Positions 8,522 to 17,747 of a stretch of DNA of 64,000 nt are shown here, in pieces. Below the pieces are notes generated by a model. The model saw nothing but the letters and a program-made list of their open reading frames with translations, did no database searches and was not told where the DNA came from. Position numbers and translations under genes: made by a program. Source of the stretch: an uncultured Clostridia bacterium (lineage in GTDB: Bacteria; Bacillota; Clostridia; Christensenellales; UBA1242); assembly GCA_948434855.1 (NCBI GenBank), contig CAOJFR010000002.1, positions 21,195 to 85,194 on the forward strand, read 5' to 3'. Numbering within the stretch: the first letter of the stretch is position 1; each line of letters opens with the position of its first letter.

Positions 8522-9853
8522 ATGGGAGTATTTTTTGGAACAGATGGCTTAAGGGGCAAATTTAACGATGATTTGTCTTTTTCTATTATTTATAATTGTG
8601 GAAACGCTCTTGGCAGCGAAATTTTTGGTGCAAAAATTTTGGTTGGCAGAGACACAAGGTGTTCAGGCAGCTTGGTTTCTCTGGCGTTTGCGTGCGGAGC
8701 AATGAATGCTGGAAGCAACATTTGCGATATTGGCGTGTGCCCAACAGCAGGCATTGCCTATCTCACAAAAAAGCACCACTTTGACTTTGGTGTAGTGATA
8801 AGTGCCTCACACAATCCAGCAGAGTTTAATGGAATCAAAATTTTTGATAAATTCGGAAAAAAGATAGGTGATAAGATTGAAGAGCGATTAGAAAAAAAGT
8901 TTATGAAACAAACAACAGTTTCGTTTGATGAAGTCGGTCATTATGATTTTTACCCAAAACTTGTTCAGGATTACGAAAAGTTCTTATCAGATTTATTTGA
9001 TTTTTCGTTAAATGGAAAAAAGGTTGTTTTAGATTGCTCCAATGGTGCAAGCTACAAAATTGCCAAAAAGGTCTTTAAAGAAAAGGGCGCAAAATTATAT
9101 ATGATAGGTGCAAATCCAAGCGGACTAAACATCAATCGTGGGTGTGGTGCACTTCACACTGAAAAACTTCAAGAAATGGTAAAAAAGCAGGGCGCAGATT
9201 TTGGCTTTGCATTTGATGGCGACAGTGACAGACTGATTGCTGTTGATGAATGTGGAAAAATAATCACAGGCGACGAGCTAGTTTATGTTTTTGCCATGCA
9301 TTATAAATCTCATGGAAAATTGCTTTCACCAACGGTTGTTGGAACAAGGCACACAAACATGGGTGTTGAAAAGGCCCTAAAGGCTCAGGGAATAGAGCTA
9401 ATCAGAACCGATATTGGCGACAAATATGTCAATAGCATGCTGGTTGAAAAAGATTTGCTAATCGGTGGTGAGCAATCTGGTCATGTAATTGTAAGGGATT
9501 TGCTTTCAACTGGCGACGGAATTTTAAATGCACTGCTTCTTTCTTCAATCATAACAGAAAAAAATGTAAAGCTTTCCGAGCTAACAAACATAAGGCTCAG
9601 TGTTCAAACAAACATAAACATAGAAGTAAAAGATAAGCTCAGGGTAATAAATAGTGAAAAACTATCATTGCTCACGGCAGAGTGTGAAAAAAAACTAAGT
9701 GACGGCAGAGTCATGATTAGGGTATCAGGAACCGAGCCATACATAAGAATAATGGTTGAATCACTAAATCAAGAGGTTTCAAAAAAGGTTGCAAATGAAA
9801 TTGCCGAGTGTGTAAGGCAAATAGACAAAGAAGAAAATCAATGTGCGGAATAG
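8522..9853 (+). CDS. glmM: Phosphoglucosamine mutase
   Basis: 443-aa ORF; phosphoserine loop SASHNPAEFNGIK; FDGDSDR metal-binding loop. Confidence 0.93.
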   Translation: MGVFFGTDGLRGKFNDDLSFSIIYNCGNALGSEIFGAKILVGRDTRCSGSLVSLAFACGAMNAGSNICDIGVCPTAGIAYLTKKHHFDFGVVISASHNPAEFNGIKIFDKFGKKIGDKIEERLEKKFMKQTTVSFDEVGHYDFYPKLVQDYEKFLSDLFDFSLNGKKVVLDCSNGASYKIAKKVFKEKGAKLYMIGANPSGLNINRGCGALHTEKLQEMVKKQGADFGFAFDGDSDRLIAVDECGKIITGDELVYVFAMHYKSHGKLLSPTVVGTRHTNMGVEKALKAQGIELIRTDIGDKYVNSMLVEKDLLIGGEQSGHVIVRDLLSTGDGILNALLLSSIITEKNVKLSELTNIRLSVQTNINIEVKDKLRVINSEKLSLLTAECEKKLSDGRVMIRVSGTEPYIRIMVESLNQEVSKKVANEIAECVRQIDKEENQCAE

Positions 9854-11616
9854 TTGGTTATATAGGAAACAAACAAAAGGCAAATTATTTAATAGACAAA
9901 CTCTCATTGTTAGAATATAGGGGTTATGATTCAGCTGGTTTTGCAAACTTAAATAATGGAAAAATAACCTATAAAAAGAAGACAGGCAGAATAATAAATT
10001 TAAGACAAGAAATAAGCAGCAACTTATCAGTAAGCTGTGCAATAGCACACACAAGGTGGGCAACTCATGGCAAGGTAACAGAAACCAACTCACATCCACA
10101 TCTATCTGCAAAAAATAGTTGGGCAATAGTTCATAATGGAATAATAGAAAACTATGAAGAGTTAAGGTTAAAGCTTAAAGAAAAGCCAGTCAGTGACACA
10201 GACACCGCTGTCATAGCAGAGATGGTTGAAGAGCAAAATGTTCAAACAATAAAAGATTTCATTCAAAGCTTTAGTGGTGTTGTTGGCAGTTTTGCTATTG
10301 CAGCGGTTTGCAGCAAACTTGAAAAAACCATGTTTCTTGCAAGGCGAAAAAGTCCACTGTTTGTGGCAAAAAATAGTGTTGGAGATTTTTTAGTCGCTTC
10401 AGATCCAATTTGTTTTAAAGATTTTTCCACAGACTATTATTTGTTTGAAGATGACGAGTTCGGAATAATCTCAGATGGAAAAATAAATTTTTATAATATT
10501 GATGGTGAAGAAATAAAGAAAACAAAGTTAAATTTAAGTGGCTTGTTTGAAAGTTACGGAAAAAACGGACATTCGTCGTTCATGATGAAAGAGATTTTTG
10601 ACGAGGCAGAAGCACTAAAAAACCAAGTGGCATACTACAAAAATCAAAATCTGTTTGAAGCTTTAGGAAGCGAGTTTTTAAGTTCGTTTAAAAGAATAAA
10701 ACTCATAGGTTGTGGAACAGCCTATCACGCAAGTGAAATTGGAGCAAGATACTTTCAAAAATTGCTTAAAATTCCAGCATCAGCAGACTATGCCAGTGAG
10801 TTTATTTATAACACTCCGCTGCTTGACGATAGCGAAACGCTCTTTATTTTTGTCAGTCAAAGTGGTGAAACTGCCGACACGCTCGGTGCACTAAAGCTTG
10901 CAAAGGGCATAAATGCAAAGTGTGTGTGCTTAACCAATGTTCTATATTCTTCGCTTGCAAGGCTTTCAGATATAGTGCTTCCAGTCTGTGCAGGCGTAGA
11001 GGTTGCTGTGGCGTCAACCAAGGCATACACGTGTCAGCTTTCAGCTCTATATATGCTTGCTTCGCATCTAAAAAATATAAAAGAAAACTCTAGCATAAAT
11101 TTCTATGATGACATTTTAAAAGTCTCAGAAAAAGTGCTTAAACTTAACTTTCAAAAATTAAACAATATTGCAGCTGATTTAAAAGATTGCAAAGAGTGCA
11201 TTTTTATTGGAAAGGATATAGACTATATAACGGCCAAAGAGGCATCATTAAAACTAAAAGAAACAACCTATATAAATTCTTCTTCATACCCATCCGGAGA
11301 GCTTAAGCATGGCTATCTTGCACTGGTTGAAGAGGGGACAAAAGTTTTTGCCATTGCCTGTGAAAAAGACTTAAACATAAAAACAATTAATTCGGTCAAA
11401 GAGGCGGAAGCAAGGGGTGCCAAAATAACAATTCTCACAAATGATAGTGGGCAAAAAAATGAAGATAATGTAATTTTCTTTGAAGAGCAAAATGAGCTGT
11501 TGCTTCCAATTTTGTCAATAGCTCCAATTCAATATCTTTCATGCAAAACAAGCGAGCAAAAAGGCATAAATCCAGATCGTCCTCGCAACCTTGCAAAAAG
11601 CGTAACAGTTGAATAA
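9841..11616 (+). CDS. glmS: Glutamine--fructose-6-phosphate aminotransferase
   Basis: Begins MCGIVGY (catalytic Cys2) at ATG 9841, overlapping the glmM stop by 13 nt; SIS domains; C-terminal KSVTVE. Confidence 0.95.
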   Translation: MCGIVGYIGNKQKANYLIDKLSLLEYRGYDSAGFANLNNGKITYKKKTGRIINLRQEISSNLSVSCAIAHTRWATHGKVTETNSHPHLSAKNSWAIVHNGIIENYEELRLKLKEKPVSDTDTAVIAEMVEEQNVQTIKDFIQSFSGVVGSFAIAAVCSKLEKTMFLARRKSPLFVAKNSVGDFLVASDPICFKDFSTDYYLFEDDEFGIISDGKINFYNIDGEEIKKTKLNLSGLFESYGKNGHSSFMMKEIFDEAEALKNQVAYYKNQNLFEALGSEFLSSFKRIKLIGCGTAYHASEIGARYFQKLLKIPASADYASEFIYNTPLLDDSETLFIFVSQSGETADTLGALKLAKGINAKCVCLTNVLYSSLARLSDIVLPVCAGVEVAVASTKAYTCQLSALYMLASHLKNIKENSSINFYDDILKVSEKVLKLNFQKLNNIAADLKDCKECIFIGKDIDYITAKEASLKLKETTYINSSSYPSGELKHGYLALVEEGTKVFAIACEKDLNIKTINSVKEAEARGAKITILTNDSGQKNEDNVIFFEEQNELLLPILSIAPIQYLSCKTSEQKGINPDRPRNLAKSVTVE

Positions 11617-11704
11617 ATAAAGCAAAAATTTCATTATATAATCTTAAATAATTATTTTGAAAAGGAACATATTTTTGATATAATTGTTTTAGGAGAAAAA
11701 TATT

Positions 11705-12238
11705 ATGATAGTTAATGATGATGAAATTTTATTTGCAAAAGTAAAAGAAAATGCACAAATCCCAAGCAAAAAAGAAGAAGATGCCGGCTATGATTTTTAT
11801 GCGTGTTTTGAAGAAGATTTCTTTGTAATAGAAGCTCTTTCAACAAAGGCGGTTCCAACCGGAATTGCAACAGCTTTTTCAAAAAAATATTATGCACAGG
11901 TTGAAGAGCGTGGCAGCACAGGCAAAGTCGGAATGAAAAAATCCTCTGGAGTAATAGACTCAGGCTATAGAGGAGAGTGGTTCATAATGACCTACAACGC
12001 CAACAACAAGCCTTTAATCATTTCAAAAATCCCAGCAGAAGAGCTTGCAGAAACATTTGAATTTAATGGCAAAACCTACAATAAAAATGAGGTCGTGATA
12101 TATCCATATTCAAAAGCAATTTGCCAAGTGGTTATGCATGTGCTTCCAGAACTAAAATCAAAAGAAGTTTCATATGACGAAATTTTAAAGTATGAATCAG
12201 AAAGAGGTTCGTCATGTCTAGGAGCGTCAGGCAAATAA
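11705..12238 (+). CDS. dut: dUTP diphosphatase
   Basis: 177-aa ORF; DAGYDF and GVIDSGYRGE dUTPase motifs. Confidence 0.85.
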   Translation: MIVNDDEILFAKVKENAQIPSKKEEDAGYDFYACFEEDFFVIEALSTKAVPTGIATAFSKKYYAQVEERGSTGKVGMKKSSGVIDSGYRGEWFIMTYNANNKPLIISKIPAEELAETFEFNGKTYNKNEVVIYPYSKAICQVVMHVLPELKSKEVSYDEILKYESERGSSCLGASGK

Positions 12239-12242
12239 ACAT

Positions 12243-12274
12243 ACAAGATAGCGTTGCTATCTTGTTTTTTGTTT
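12243..12274 (+). terminator. Rho-independent terminator after dut
   Basis: ACAAGATAGC-GTT-GCTATCTTGT followed by a T-run. Confidence 0.85.
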
Positions 12275-12346
12275 AGAAAATTTATTTGACTAAGCTTGCA
12301 AAATTTAATATATTATATTTACAAATAAATTTGGTTAGGAAATAAT

Positions 12347-13048
12347 ATGGGAAAGATATTCATAGAAAAAAAAGAGATAAAATATAAGGTTCAAGAAACG
12401 GTTGAAGACACTTCTTTTGAGATAATCAACGGAAGCTATGAAGAGGTCACAAAGCTCAGCAGAAAATATAAGTCAGACATATATTCATACATAGACTTCA
12501 ATGTTCTTTTTGCCATGGAAAATCTTTTTGATGAATATTACACAAAAATCATACTTTTTAATGATGAGCAAAAAGTTGGATACAATTTGTTAAGTCTTCC
12601 AAGCAATCTAGACATATCTGTCAAAAGGGTTGCACCAAAAAACTTTTTGGTTCTTGGCATAAACAAAGACCAAGGGCAAAAAGGTCAAGCAAGTTTTTGC
12701 ACCTTAAAGTCAGATGGTACAGTCAATGAAGTCACAATAAACTTTAACTACATAAATCAATACAAGGTGATTGAAAAAAGATATTTCCTGCTTAATTTCA
12801 TAGAGGTTTTTGAAGATGGAAATGCAGAAGCTGGCGAGTCGTTAAAAAAGAGATATGTAAACAATATTGCGGTATATAGAAATGACGGCTCAATCTTAAC
12901 AGTTTTAGTTGAAGAAAATCTAAAGTCAAAAAGAGAGCTTGTCTGCGATATTAAGGACGATATTTTGTTAATCTATTATAAGGATGACGGCTCAGTTGTT
13001 CGCAAAATTCCAGTATCAGAAATAGTTTTAACCCATGAAACAAAATAA
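12347..13048 (+). CDS. Hypothetical protein (233 aa)
   Basis: Long ORF with ATG and weak RBS; no motif recognised. Confidence 0.6.
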   Translation: MGKIFIEKKEIKYKVQETVEDTSFEIINGSYEEVTKLSRKYKSDIYSYIDFNVLFAMENLFDEYYTKIILFNDEQKVGYNLLSLPSNLDISVKRVAPKNFLVLGINKDQGQKGQASFCTLKSDGTVNEVTINFNYINQYKVIEKRYFLLNFIEVFEDGNAEAGESLKKRYVNNIAVYRNDGSILTVLVEENLKSKRELVCDIKDDILLIYYKDDGSVVRKIPVSEIVLTHETK

Positions 13049-13172
13049 TAAAAAAATAAAAATAAATTAAAAAAATAATAATAAATGAAACTATTATTTA
13101 TTTGATTTATTTTTTTTATTATATTAAAATATTATTATTAAATTTAGTAAATGTAAATTAAAGGAAAATCCC

Positions 13173-14399
13173 ATGGAAATTGAAGAAACAGAAGAAGTCT
13201 TAGCTTCAGAAACTGCTGAAAAAGTCAGTGAAGAGCAAGCGGTCACAGAGCAAGCAGAAAGCTTAAATGAAGAAGCTTTAATTAATAATGAAGAAGTTTC
13301 TTTGTCTGAAGAAATTAAAGTTTCACAAAATTTAGAAGAAGAAAATAGTGAAAATAATTCAGAGGCTGAAGAAAGTGCAGAAGATGAAGAAATAGAGTTC
13401 ACAAGAATAGTTGGTCTAGATGTTGCAAATTCCACATTAAAAATTTGGACAGACGAGCTTAACTTAAAATATGTAAACACGATTCGTGAAATAAATGATG
13501 CGGGACTGGTATATTCTTTCCGCACAGATTATCAGATGTATGTTTATGGCAAACAAGTTTATGAAGTTGGCTTAGTGTCAGCCACAGGTTCTGGTGGCAG
13601 AGGCACCGCAAGATATGGTTCAGAGCAATATAAAACAGAAGCGTTAATAGGCATTGCATCATGCTTAAAAGAAATAGAAAATCTTTCAGAAAACGAGGTT
13701 CTCAGGGTTGTGACAGGCGTGCCAAGCAACCTTGCAAGAAATCAAAAGATTATCGGAGCAATCAAACAAATGCTTCTTGGCAATCATGAAATAAAGTCAG
13801 TAACATGGGATAGCGTCAAGCCAATAAAATTTAAGATTGCAGAAGTCATTGTTGTGCCACAACCGCTCGGCACCATGTATGATTATGTATATGATAAAGA
13901 GGCAGATGCTTTAAATGAAAAACTATTAGATCAAAGGGCAATAGTAATAGACATTGGCTGGGGAACAACAGACATTGCGATTCTAGAAACTGCCAGAGTG
14001 CGATCAACTTTCAGTTTCGACATTGGCACATCAGATTATATTTCAGATTTGCAAGAAGAAGTCAACATGGTCATGCCAGAAGCGAGCATATTTTCACTTT
14101 CAGCGCATGAGTTAGATTTGTGTTTGCTAGATTCCCCAGTTGTAGAAACTCCGTTTGGAGAGTTTGATTTGTCGTCTTATTCAGAAAAGCACAAAAAAAA
14201 TCAAGCCAAAAGAGTTTATCAAGAGGTCATGGGTCTGGGGTTAGAGTTCAATAAATTCTATAAAATCATATTAACAGGTGGCGGAGCGCTATTATATGAA
14301 GAGTATCTCCGTGAATTATTTAATGATCCAAGGCTCATAATTCAAGAGAACGCAGTCATGGCAAATTGCCGAGGTTTTTGGCTGCTTGGCAATTATTAA
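13173..14399 (+). CDS. ParM/StbA-family actin-like ATPase with ~75-aa acidic N-terminal extension
   Basis: Actin-fold motifs GLDVANSTLK (phosphate 1), VVPQPLG, VIDIGWGTTDI (phosphate 2), ILTGGGA (adenosine); residues 1-75 are E/S-rich low complexity. Confidence 0.8.
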   Translation: MEIEETEEVLASETAEKVSEEQAVTEQAESLNEEALINNEEVSLSEEIKVSQNLEEENSENNSEAEESAEDEEIEFTRIVGLDVANSTLKIWTDELNLKYVNTIREINDAGLVYSFRTDYQMYVYGKQVYEVGLVSATGSGGRGTARYGSEQYKTEALIGIASCLKEIENLSENEVLRVVTGVPSNLARNQKIIGAIKQMLLGNHEIKSVTWDSVKPIKFKIAEVIVVPQPLGTMYDYVYDKEADALNEKLLDQRAIVIDIGWGTTDIAILETARVRSTFSFDIGTSDYISDLQEEVNMVMPEASIFSLSAHELDLCLLDSPVVETPFGEFDLSSYSEKHKKNQAKRVYQEVMGLGLEFNKFYKIILTGGGALLYEEYLRELFNDPRLIIQENAVMANCRGFWLLGNY

Positions 14400-14414
14400 T
14401 AAAAGGAGAAATAT

Positions 14415-15095
14415 ATGACAATAAATGAACTAGAGCAAGCAATAAGAAACCTAATTGCGTCGCAGCCAGAAATTTCATCTGGTTCAAATTCTGGTGTAAT
14501 AAATAGTGCGTTGTCGTTAATTTATTCATATAGAGAGCTTGCATATAAAGTTCAAAATCATCCAGAAAAAGATGCCTTAAAGGTCAACATGACAAATCAG
14601 TGTGTGGGGCTAGAGTCTGCACTGGTCATTTCTGTTTGTCAAGTAATGCAAGAAAGGGGCATAAATTTAATGCTATATGCTCCAACAAGTCAGTTTGGCA
14701 TAAACAGTTATGGTGGCACAGCTTTTGGTTCAGAAACAAAAAATTGGGCACAGCAAAATGTGTCTTTCGTTCAAAACAACACTTCTGCACAAAGCTCTGA
14801 TTTCTTAGACTTGTCAGAACAAAAGGCAAAAGAAGATTATGAAGATTTGTCAAAAGTCTTTTCCGATGAAGAACCAGAAGAAGAGTCAGAAATCCTTTCT
14901 GAGCCAGAAGAAAATGTAGAAGAAAATAACAGTGGCAGTTTAGAGCCAGAAATAGATAAAAACTCAAAAGAGCCTGAATTGCAAAGCGAAAATGCAGAGC
15001 CAGCAGTGCAAAATCAGGAAGAAAAAAACGAGCCTAATTCTCCAGTAGGCAAGGCATCCGGAAGAGATTATCTTCTAGAATTATTAAGAAAATAA
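14415..15095 (+). CDS. Hypothetical protein with acidic disordered C-terminal half and short terminal helix
   Basis: 226-aa ORF 15 nt after the ParM-like gene, RBS AAGGAGA; C-terminal E/P/S-rich tract ending GRDYLLELLRK. Confidence 0.7.
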   Translation: MTINELEQAIRNLIASQPEISSGSNSGVINSALSLIYSYRELAYKVQNHPEKDALKVNMTNQCVGLESALVISVCQVMQERGINLMLYAPTSQFGINSYGGTAFGSETKNWAQQNVSFVQNNTSAQSSDFLDLSEQKAKEDYEDLSKVFSDEEPEEESEILSEPEENVEENNSGSLEPEIDKNSKEPELQSENAEPAVQNQEEKNEPNSPVGKASGRDYLLELLRK

Positions 15096-15097
15096 AA

Positions 15098-15125
15098 CGC
15101 CATCAAACAAGATGGTGTTTTTTTA
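15098..15125 (+). terminator. Rho-independent terminator
   Basis: CGCCATC-AAACAA-GATGGTG followed by T7. Confidence 0.8.
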
Positions 15126-15187
15126 TTTTCAAAAAACATAAATAATTTTATTTGTCTAGCAAAATACTAGTTTTAGGAGAAAGATAA

Positions 15188-16645
15188 GTGGCAGGACAAA
15201 AAAAGAAAAATTTAAGACAAGAAATAGCAGGACAAATAAACAAAGATTGTCAAATAGCAGAAACCACCTTAAAGGTCGGAAGAAAAACAATCTCAATTTT
15301 TTATATAGAAAGTTTAATAGACAAAGCTCTCTTTGCAGAGGGCATTTTAGCGCCGCTTGAAAAACTTGCAAGACAAACCAAATCCACGCAGGGACTAAAG
15401 CAAAAAATCATGCAAGAAATAGTTTCAATTTCTTCTGTCACAGAAAGTGAAGAGCCTCAAAAAATAATAGACAACATTTTGTCAGGCTTTGCAGAAATCG
15501 TTTTAGACGATGCGGCAATAGATTGTCCAATATTTGGAGTAGAAAAAAGGGGCGTAGAAGAGCCTCCAAACTCAAAAGTAATCAAAGGTCCAAGAGAGGG
15601 TTTTGTAGAAGACATATACACAAACACGGGCCTAATAAGAAAAAGAATAAAGTCATTACAGTTAAGGGTTGTTGATGAGTTTGTTGGAGAGAGAACAAAA
15701 ACGAGAATATCACTTATTTATCTAGAAGATGTTGTTAGACCAGACGTCGTCAAAAATGTTCGTGAAAAGATAAAAAAGATAGACATAGACGCAATCATAG
15801 ACTCTTACTATATAGAGTCATTCTTAGAAGAAAATAAGCTAAAGTTTTTCAGACGAGTAGGAAACACAGAAAAGCCAGACATATTTTGTGCAAAGGTCTT
15901 AGAGGGAAGGGTCGGCATATTAGTTGATGGTTCACCAGTTGCATTAACGGTTCCATTTGTTTTGTTTGAAGATTTGCAGAGTGCTGAAGATTATTACACA
16001 ATTCCAACCATGGCAACCTTCACCAGAATCATGAGAATTTTCGGCTTAATTTTTGCAATATTAATCCCAGCAGTTTACGTAGCGCTTCAAAGCTACAATT
16101 ATAGAATTTTGCCCATAAACTTCCTAATAACGCTGCTCAGCAGCATAGAGGGCTTGTCCATCCCGCCACTAGTAGAAATTTTAATAGTCTTGTTTTTGTT
16201 TGAGGTCATAACAGAGGCAAGTGTCAGAATGCCAAACTCGCTTGGCATGGCACTGTCAATCATTGGAGCGCTAGCGCTTGGAAACACAGCCGTTGATGCT
16301 GGCATAATCTCACCACCAAGCATAGTAATCGTGGCAATTTCAAGTGTCGCCATATACATCATTCCCGACCAAATTGCAGAAACAAGAATATTAAGAATAC
16401 TCTTCACAGTAATCGGCGGAATAATCGGACTATATGGAGTAGTCGTATCCTTCATAATTCTCACAACCTTCCTTTGCTCAATAGATAGTTATGGTGTTCC
16501 ATACATGTCGCCAATCGCACCAAGCATAAGAAAAGACAAAAAAGATGGATTCATCAAACAGCCAATAGAGGCAATGAAAGTCAGACCAACATTTTTTGCG
16601 GGCAAAGATAAGGTAAGACAAGGGGGCAGAAAGCATGACATCTAA
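15188..16645 (+). CDS. Spore germination protein, GerA (A-subunit) family
   Basis: 485-aa ORF (GTG start, RBS GGAGA); GerA-family core with C-terminal multi-TM region; first gene of an overlapping A-B-C operon. Confidence 0.85.
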   Translation: MAGQKKKNLRQEIAGQINKDCQIAETTLKVGRKTISIFYIESLIDKALFAEGILAPLEKLARQTKSTQGLKQKIMQEIVSISSVTESEEPQKIIDNILSGFAEIVLDDAAIDCPIFGVEKRGVEEPPNSKVIKGPREGFVEDIYTNTGLIRKRIKSLQLRVVDEFVGERTKTRISLIYLEDVVRPDVVKNVREKIKKIDIDAIIDSYYIESFLEENKLKFFRRVGNTEKPDIFCAKVLEGRVGILVDGSPVALTVPFVLFEDLQSAEDYYTIPTMATFTRIMRIFGLIFAILIPAVYVALQSYNYRILPINFLITLLSSIEGLSIPPLVEILIVLFLFEVITEASVRMPNSLGMALSIIGALALGNTAVDAGIISPPSIVIVAISSVAIYIIPDQIAETRILRILFTVIGGIIGLYGVVVSFIILTTFLCSIDSYGVPYMSPIAPSIRKDKKDGFIKQPIEAMKVRPTFFAGKDKVRQGGRKHDI

Positions 16646-17747
16646 ACAATTTTATATAACGCTTTGCATATTCATTGTCTCGCTAAAGGTTCAAAGACTG
16701 CCTTGTCTCATGTGCTTAATTCTAGATAATAACACCTATGTGCTTTTCCTGCTATATTTCTTAATAGATTTTTTGTGCATATTGCTTGCACTATTTATTT
16801 TAAAGGTTTTAAGAAAAAGAAACTTCCTGCTTTCGCAAAAAAACAAAACCATGGCAGTAATAGTAAAAATAGCACTGCTGTTTGTCGCGCTATACTTCAT
16901 GCTTCAGGGCACACTTTTCTATGAGGCAATACAAGATTTGTTTTCTCATATTTTGTTTAACAATTTGCCATGGACGCTGTTTAGTTTGCTTCTCATTGCG
17001 TGTGTGTTCTATCTCGCACAAAGCGGAATCAAAAACATTGCCAGAAACTTTGAGCTATACTTTTTAATCATAGTAATTTCATATGTCATGCTCGCAATGT
17101 TTGGTGGTCTTCATTCAGACTTTTCAACCATTTTGCCATTCCAGTCAATAGAAATCAAAACCACAGCCAAGCATTTTTTAGACTACAACATTTGGTTTGG
17201 AGACTTTTTCATAGTTTTGTTTTTGGGTGCAAACTCCAAAAATGTAAAATTAAAGTGGACTCTTTTAACATATATAGTTTCAGCGGCATACGTGCTTTTA
17301 ATGGTAATAGAATATAATGGAATATATCAATACTATGCGTGCATGCAGTCAAGTCTAATAAGCATGATATCAGAGCAATCAATGCTTGGCATAGACATTG
17401 GAAGACTAGATTGGTTCTTCATTTTGGCAACAGAAATAGGCTCAATTCTCAGTTGTGGAATCTGTCTTCACTTTGCCAAAAACTGTCTGTCGCTCACATT
17501 TCCAAAAATCAAGTCAAACTACATGCTTATTTTGCTTGTCACCGCGCTATATCTGGTAGATGTGCTATATTTAGTAGACATAAATTCTAAGGTTGAGCTT
17601 TTCTATAATTTTGCAGGAATTTTCGCACTGTCAGTAAAGGTGTTGTCGTTAATTTCAATGACCATAGCCAGCCTATATGTAAATCACAAAATCAAAACTT
17701 CCAAGTTGCCAAAAGAAGAGGTCAAGGAGGTTATGCAAAATGAATAA
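16635..17747 (+). CDS. Spore germination permease, GerAB (B-subunit, APC-like) family
   Basis: 370-aa polytopic membrane ORF overlapping gerA-type gene by 11 nt. Confidence 0.75.
   Translation: MTSKQFYITLCIFIVSLKVQRLPCLMCLILDNNTYVLFLLYFLIDFLCILLALFILKVLRKRNFLLSQKNKTMAVIVKIALLFVALYFMLQGTLFYEAIQDLFSHILFNNLPWTLFSLLLIACVFYLAQSGIKNIARNFELYFLIIVISYVMLAMFGGLHSDFSTILPFQSIEIKTTAKHFLDYNIWFGDFFIVLFLGANSKNVKLKWTLLTYIVSAAYVLLMVIEYNGIYQYYACMQSSLISMISEQSMLGIDIGRLDWFFILATEIGSILSCGICLHFAKNCLSLTFPKIKSNYMLILLVTALYLVDVLYLVDINSKVELFYNFAGIFALSVKVLSLISMTIASLYVNHKIKTSKLPKEEVKEVMQNE

Noticed and set aside
9808-9840. The upstream extension of the glmS ORF given in the ORF track (MCKANRQRRKS…)
   Set aside because: GlmS requires Cys as the first residue after Met. 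MCGIVGY begins at ATG 9841, and the extension lies inside glmM in another frame.
13124-13525. 133-aa minus-strand ORF antisense to the ParM-like gene's 5' end
   Set aside because: It is the Ser-rich mirror translation of the Glu-rich low-complexity region. It has no RBS and sits fully inside a well-supported gene.
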